From: Flavobacteriaceae bacterium
Lineage (GTDB): Bacteria > Bacteroidota > Bacteroidia > Flavobacteriales > Flavobacteriaceae
Reading direction: 5' to 3'
Length of the DNA stretch: 32,000 nucleotides
Assembly (NCBI GenBank): GCA_965224465.1
Contig: OZ245049.1
Span: 2,610,001-2,642,000 of the forward strand
In this document: positions 28,626-32,000 of the stretch, piece by piece
Position numbering within the stretch: the first letter of the stretch is position 1
Layout: every line of letters begins with the position of its first letter
Translations under genes and position numbers: made by a program
The notes under the pieces: generated by a model
Database searches by the model: none
Told to the model about the DNA's origin: nothing
What the model saw: only the letters and a program-made list of their open reading frames with translations

Positions 28626-29014
28626 AACCCCAAAAACACATCTATTAAATACGCATAACCGTTGTGTCATAAGCGCACCGTATCCATAGCAATTATTGTT
28701 TATTTTGTTAGACTAAAAAAGAAATCCAAGTGAAAACCTTTCTTAATTCATGCTTTTAAAAGGCAAAAACAGGAATCTCCCCTTTAGAACAAGCATATAA
28801 ACAAAATTAATCAGAATAAAAACATAATAACACATACGCGTATAACATTATTTTATATATTGATCAACGCTTAAAAACAGATACGCACTAACAACAAGCC
28901 TTCCCTACATAGTGAACTAGATGGATATGCCATCAAGTTTAGAATTGTTATTGTGAGAATATTACAAAGCATTGACATACTCAAACAACTTAATACAACA
29001 TATAACAAAACAAC

Positions 29015-29710
29015 ATGGTAAAAGCAATATTAATAATAGATGGAAAAGAAGTAAACGTACGTTGGTTTACTATCAATTTTAATCAAGGAGCAAATCCTAA
29101 CGGAAGACCTTCACAAATCCCGGTATTTATAGGTTTTAAACTAATTATAGAAACCAGAAAAGACCTAAACCTTACTGAGTGGGCCTTTTCCTCTAGACAA
29201 ACAAAACAGATAGTATTACATATTAGTTCCGTTATTGTGGGAGGCAAAACAAGAAAAATATTTTTCTATGACTGTCATCTTGTAAACTGGAAAACAAATT
29301 TTTCTTCTACAGGATCAGATCCAATGACGGAAACTTTAGAAATCACCTGTGCGGGTGTTGAAGATTCTAACTCGTTTGGTGTGTATTCTGCCTCTTGGAG
29401 AACTACTTTTAAAGAAGATACTGTTGAACCGACAGTTTTAGAACGGCCAGAACCCACCTTTTTAGGGTATCATTTTGAAAATGAAAACAGAGAAAAATTA
29501 GAACAAGAAAAAATACAAATCAATCAAAATATTGTTTTAATAATTGAAACAGAAAATGGAGAGAATGATACTATATCTATTAACTTAAACGATAACAGGC
29601 TAGATTTTGAATATAATGGTGTAGTTTTAATAAATGACACTTTAAATGAAGTTATAATAACAGGACAACAAACAGAGGTTATTCTAAAAGCTGTTGCACA
29701 ACAAAATTAA
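29015..29710 (+). CDS. Type VI secretion tube protein TssD/Hcp-like (Bacteroidota type) with about 100-aa C-terminal extension
   Basis: Residues 1-132 follow the Bacteroidota TssD pattern: A.L.IDGKE..V..F...F.Q....NGRPS, then II.ET..D..L.EW, FYD..LV......F.S.G..PM.E.L.I.C. Residues 133-231 have no counterpart in canonical Hcp/TssD of about 130 aa. Confidence 0.8.
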   Translation: MVKAILIIDGKEVNVRWFTINFNQGANPNGRPSQIPVFIGFKLIIETRKDLNLTEWAFSSRQTKQIVLHISSVIVGGKTRKIFFYDCHLVNWKTNFSSTGSDPMTETLEITCAGVEDSNSFGVYSASWRTTFKEDTVEPTVLERPEPTFLGYHFENENREKLEQEKIQINQNIVLIIETENGENDTISINLNDNRLDFEYNGVVLINDTLNEVIITGQQTEVILKAVAQQN

Positions 29711-29711
29711 A

Positions 29712-31028
29712 ATGATGACAGAGCAAAAACGTACTAATGGTATTGCTTCTTTCGGTAGTGGTAGAGGAAATACAATGAGAATTGAGTTTCCTGAAGTCGA
29801 TACTTCTTTGAGTTTTATTGCAAAACTAGAAAGACTAGATACTTATAAAGGAGAGTTTGGTTTCGATTGGATGCGAGATAATTATTTAGACAAAGAAGAT
29901 GGAACAAAAGGTATTTGCGAAAATCAAGATGCCTTAAAAAAAGAATACACACCTACAAAAATTCATGACCAAGATTATTTTGTGCCTTGGCTTAGTATGT
30001 TTCCAAATCAAGAAAATGTAATTCTTAAATTAGTGATTACAGAAATTCAAGGTAGTGTAGAAGATACTGATATTATAAAATTACCACCAAAAAGTGGAAT
30101 AATATTTGAACCTAACCAACTAAAAGTGTCAGAAGCCAATGGTAAAAAAATAACTATAATTTGTGAATCGCCTTTAAGTAAAGATATTACCATTTCATTA
30201 TTAGATAAATATGATAAGAAGGTTGGCATGGTTAATATTGTTAAATGTAAAGATGCAATTAGTTTACCTTTAAATTTGGTTTTGGTTTCTGAAAGCAGAC
30301 ATATCAATAAGCTAAAAGAGAAGCATCAAAACACAATGCTTACACTAGAGAGTAATCTTCAAAATAACTCATTTAATCAAGCTTTTATAAAGCCTTACTT
30401 TACAAATGATCTAAATACTGCTCCAATTATTTCTTTAGATAATTTTAGTGAAAATGATTATAATGGAACTAATTTGTCAAAAAAAGGGAAGGTAAAAATA
30501 CTTGAAAAGTTTAAAAATGATGTTGTACAAAAAAAAGGAATTTCATTATTCCTATTAGCAACAAATCATGAAAGAAATCAAGCAGGTGATTCTCAAATAG
30601 TTCCTCTTAATTGGAGCAATGTGTTTATCTATATAAATGTTGGGACAGATTCTGATTACGTTCATGAAATAGGTCATGCATTAGGTCTCACGCACAGCTT
30701 TAAAGAGGGTAAAGACAAGGTGTATTATAGAAATCAGATAGGAGAAGGAAAATTAAATGAATTTAAAACTAAATTAGAGAGTCAAATAAAATATTTGGAT
30801 AAAAATTTAAGCACAGAAAATAGAAAGAAAGTTAATAAGAATATTGAGGTTTTAAATAAGAATATTAAAAAATATCAAGAAAGGTTTTCAATAGGAGACA
30901 AAAACCCGTATAAATTTAACAAAAGTGGTACTACAAATTTTATGGATTATTTTAACGATGCTAAAGATTTTTACAGATGGCAATGGAACGTAATGTATCA
31001 AGAAGTAAAAAAATACTATTCTATATAA
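29712..31028 (+). CDS. Putative secreted toxin with C-terminal metzincin-like zinc metallopeptidase domain
   Basis: HEIGHALGLTH (nt 30663-30695) fits HExxHxxGxxH. TTNFMDY (Met codon at 30942) is a pappalysin/M43-like Met-turn candidate. I do not recognise the N-terminal 190 aa or so. I prefer the start at ATG 29712, 2 nt after the Hcp stop. ATG 29694 (a 17-nt overlap) is also possible. Confidence 0.7.
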   Translation: MMTEQKRTNGIASFGSGRGNTMRIEFPEVDTSLSFIAKLERLDTYKGEFGFDWMRDNYLDKEDGTKGICENQDALKKEYTPTKIHDQDYFVPWLSMFPNQENVILKLVITEIQGSVEDTDIIKLPPKSGIIFEPNQLKVSEANGKKITIICESPLSKDITISLLDKYDKKVGMVNIVKCKDAISLPLNLVLVSESRHINKLKEKHQNTMLTLESNLQNNSFNQAFIKPYFTNDLNTAPIISLDNFSENDYNGTNLSKKGKVKILEKFKNDVVQKKGISLFLLATNHERNQAGDSQIVPLNWSNVFIYINVGTDSDYVHEIGHALGLTHSFKEGKDKVYYRNQIGEGKLNEFKTKLESQIKYLDKNLSTENRKKVNKNIEVLNKNIKKYQERFSIGDKNPYKFNKSGTTNFMDYFNDAKDFYRWQWNVMYQEVKKYYSI

Positions 31029-31031
31029 ATT

Positions 31032-31466
31032 ATGAAAAATATACTATATATCGCTTTATTATTGGTCTCCTGTTCAAAAAAAATAACTATTCAAACAATT
31101 AAACCAATACCTTTAATAGAAGAACACTTAGATAGCAGTAAAAAACTATATTTATCAGGAGAAATATATCCAATTCCAGAACCAAAACAATACTATACTT
31201 CTGTTCTGTTGTTACATTACAACGATTCTACTAAAATATTCGCAAGTTCTGATTTTGATGGTAGGTTTGCATTTTATGATTTTAAACCTGAATTAATCAA
31301 TAAAGAATCTTACATATATGCAGTAAATAAAGGATGCATAGCTAAGAGAATTTTATTTGATAGTTTAAAAAATCCAATACGTATTTATTTAGTACAAGAT
31401 TCAATAAAGGGGCTTTCTTATGATGCGTATATTGATCTTCTTATTAAAAATCGACCTATTGATTAA
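31032..31466 (+). CDS. Small lipoprotein, candidate cognate immunity protein
   Basis: Lipobox LLLVSC at the N-terminus, 144 aa. It starts 4 nt after the stop of the metallopeptidase gene. I recognise no family beyond a weak resemblance to carboxypeptidase-regulatory-like beta-sandwiches (DGRFAFYDF). Confidence 0.55.
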   Translation: MKNILYIALLLVSCSKKITIQTIKPIPLIEEHLDSSKKLYLSGEIYPIPEPKQYYTSVLLLHYNDSTKIFASSDFDGRFAFYDFKPELINKESYIYAVNKGCIAKRILFDSLKNPIRIYLVQDSIKGLSYDAYIDLLIKNRPID

Positions 31467-31555
31467 TAGGAATTAATTTACTCACCTTACGCAATAATAA
31501 TTTAGATTTAAGGAAATAATTGTCTATATTGTTAATAACTTTGAGAAGAAAAAAG

Positions 31556-32000
31556 ATGGATAATTTTGTTGATTTATATACCGATTATTTGATAAGTTCA
31601 AGTTCTTATACTACAGCAACAGGAATGTCCCACTTGCTTTGCATAAAACATGATAAAATAACAAGAGCATTGTCAACAGGTGTTTACGACAGTAAATTTC
31701 TATGGAAAACGGCAAAACCTTATATTGAAGAATTGACACAATCAAAAGAAACCGTTATTTTAAGTTTTGATGATTCTATACAAGAAAAACAATATACAAA
31801 AGAAAGTGAACTTAACACTTGGCATTTTGACCACGTGTTTGGGAGGTCTGTAAAAGGAGTTAATTTTCTAACAGCTTTAATAGAAGTAGCCGGTATGCGT
31901 TTGCCTTGTAGTGTGGAGTTTATAAAGAAAGACCTTTGGGTAACCGATAAAAAAACAGGAAAACAAAAGCGTAAAAGCAGCAAAACCAAGAATGAATTAT
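31556..32000 (+). CDS. DDE transposase (IS4/IS701-like), 5' part, truncated by window end
   Basis: Not in the ORF track because it has no stop in the window. My manual translation from ATG 31556 is MDNFVDLYTDYLISSSSYTTATGMSHLLCIKHDKITRALSTGVYDSKFLWKTAKPYIEELTQSKETVILSFDDSIQEKQYTKESELNTWHFDHVFGRSVKGVNFLTALIEVAGMRLPCSVEFIKKD... The blocks DLYTDYLI....TATG.S.LL....HDKITR.LS and FDDSI.EK.YT.E.....WH.DH...RSVKG.N.L match, as I recall it, a common bacterial DDE transposase family. Confidence 0.7.
   Translation, partial: MDNFVDLYTDYLISSSSYTTATGMSHLLCIKHDKITRALSTGVYDSKFLWKTAKPYIEELTQSKETVILSFDDSIQEKQYTKESELNTWHFDHVFGRSVKGVNFLTALIEVAGMRLPCSVEFIKKDLWVTDKKTGKQKRKSSKTKNEL

Noticed and set aside
31720-31989. 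89-aa minus-strand ORF
   Set aside because: Antisense to the manually translated DDE transposase 5' region (31556 onward), which has clear family motifs.
27404-32000. Composite transposon carrying the Hcp-toxin-lipoprotein cassette
   Set aside because: The two flanking elements belong to different transposase families (IS30 versus IS4/IS701-like), so they cannot act as a matched composite pair. I retain only mobile-element-rich context. The second element's ends lie outside the window.
1-32000. tRNA, rRNA, riboswitch or CRISPR content
   Set aside because: Reading the intergenic regions, I saw no cloverleaf-like GC-rich segments, rRNA-like conserved blocks or known riboswitch cores. I cannot exclude small ncRNAs without covariance-model searches.

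Overview
Low-GC window that looks like Bacteroidota, probably Flavobacteriaceae. Supporting signs are TAnnTTTG-type promoter boxes, many lipoproteins, a DUF5103/T9SS-plug-like gene, a PNGase F ortholog and a complete nqrABCDEF operon. About 1-26.4 kb is ordinary chromosomal backbone: an XRE membrane regulator, an esterase, a J-domain/KTSC protein, a Cys-type sulfatase, MepB/YciI, an SMP-30 lactonase-like protein, a SAM methyltransferase, a Crp/Fnr regulator, a frameshifted flavodoxin-like quinone reductase, pruA, an NRDE protein, a DUF3667 protein, apaG, PNGase F, an M16 peptidase and Na+-NQR. Two things stand out. (1) The 3' end (about 26.4-32 kb) is an accessory, IS-rich patch. An IS30 element and a second, truncated DDE transposase flank an orphan type VI secretion-like cassette. 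The cassette has a TssD/Hcp-like gene with a roughly 100-aa C-terminal extension, a 438-aa protein with a metzincin HExxHxxGxxH...NFMDY signature and an unrecognised N-terminal half, and a small lipoprotein that may be the immunity protein. No T6SS core genes are in the window. (2) A dispersed, strongly self-complementary intergenic repeat of about 120-165 bp (MITE- or REP-like) has at least 10 full or partial copies. These include a head-to-tail triplet at 15129-15570, long and short variants differing by a 41-nt hairpin module, and one copy truncated at the IS30 boundary. I found no rRNA, tRNA or CRISPR array.
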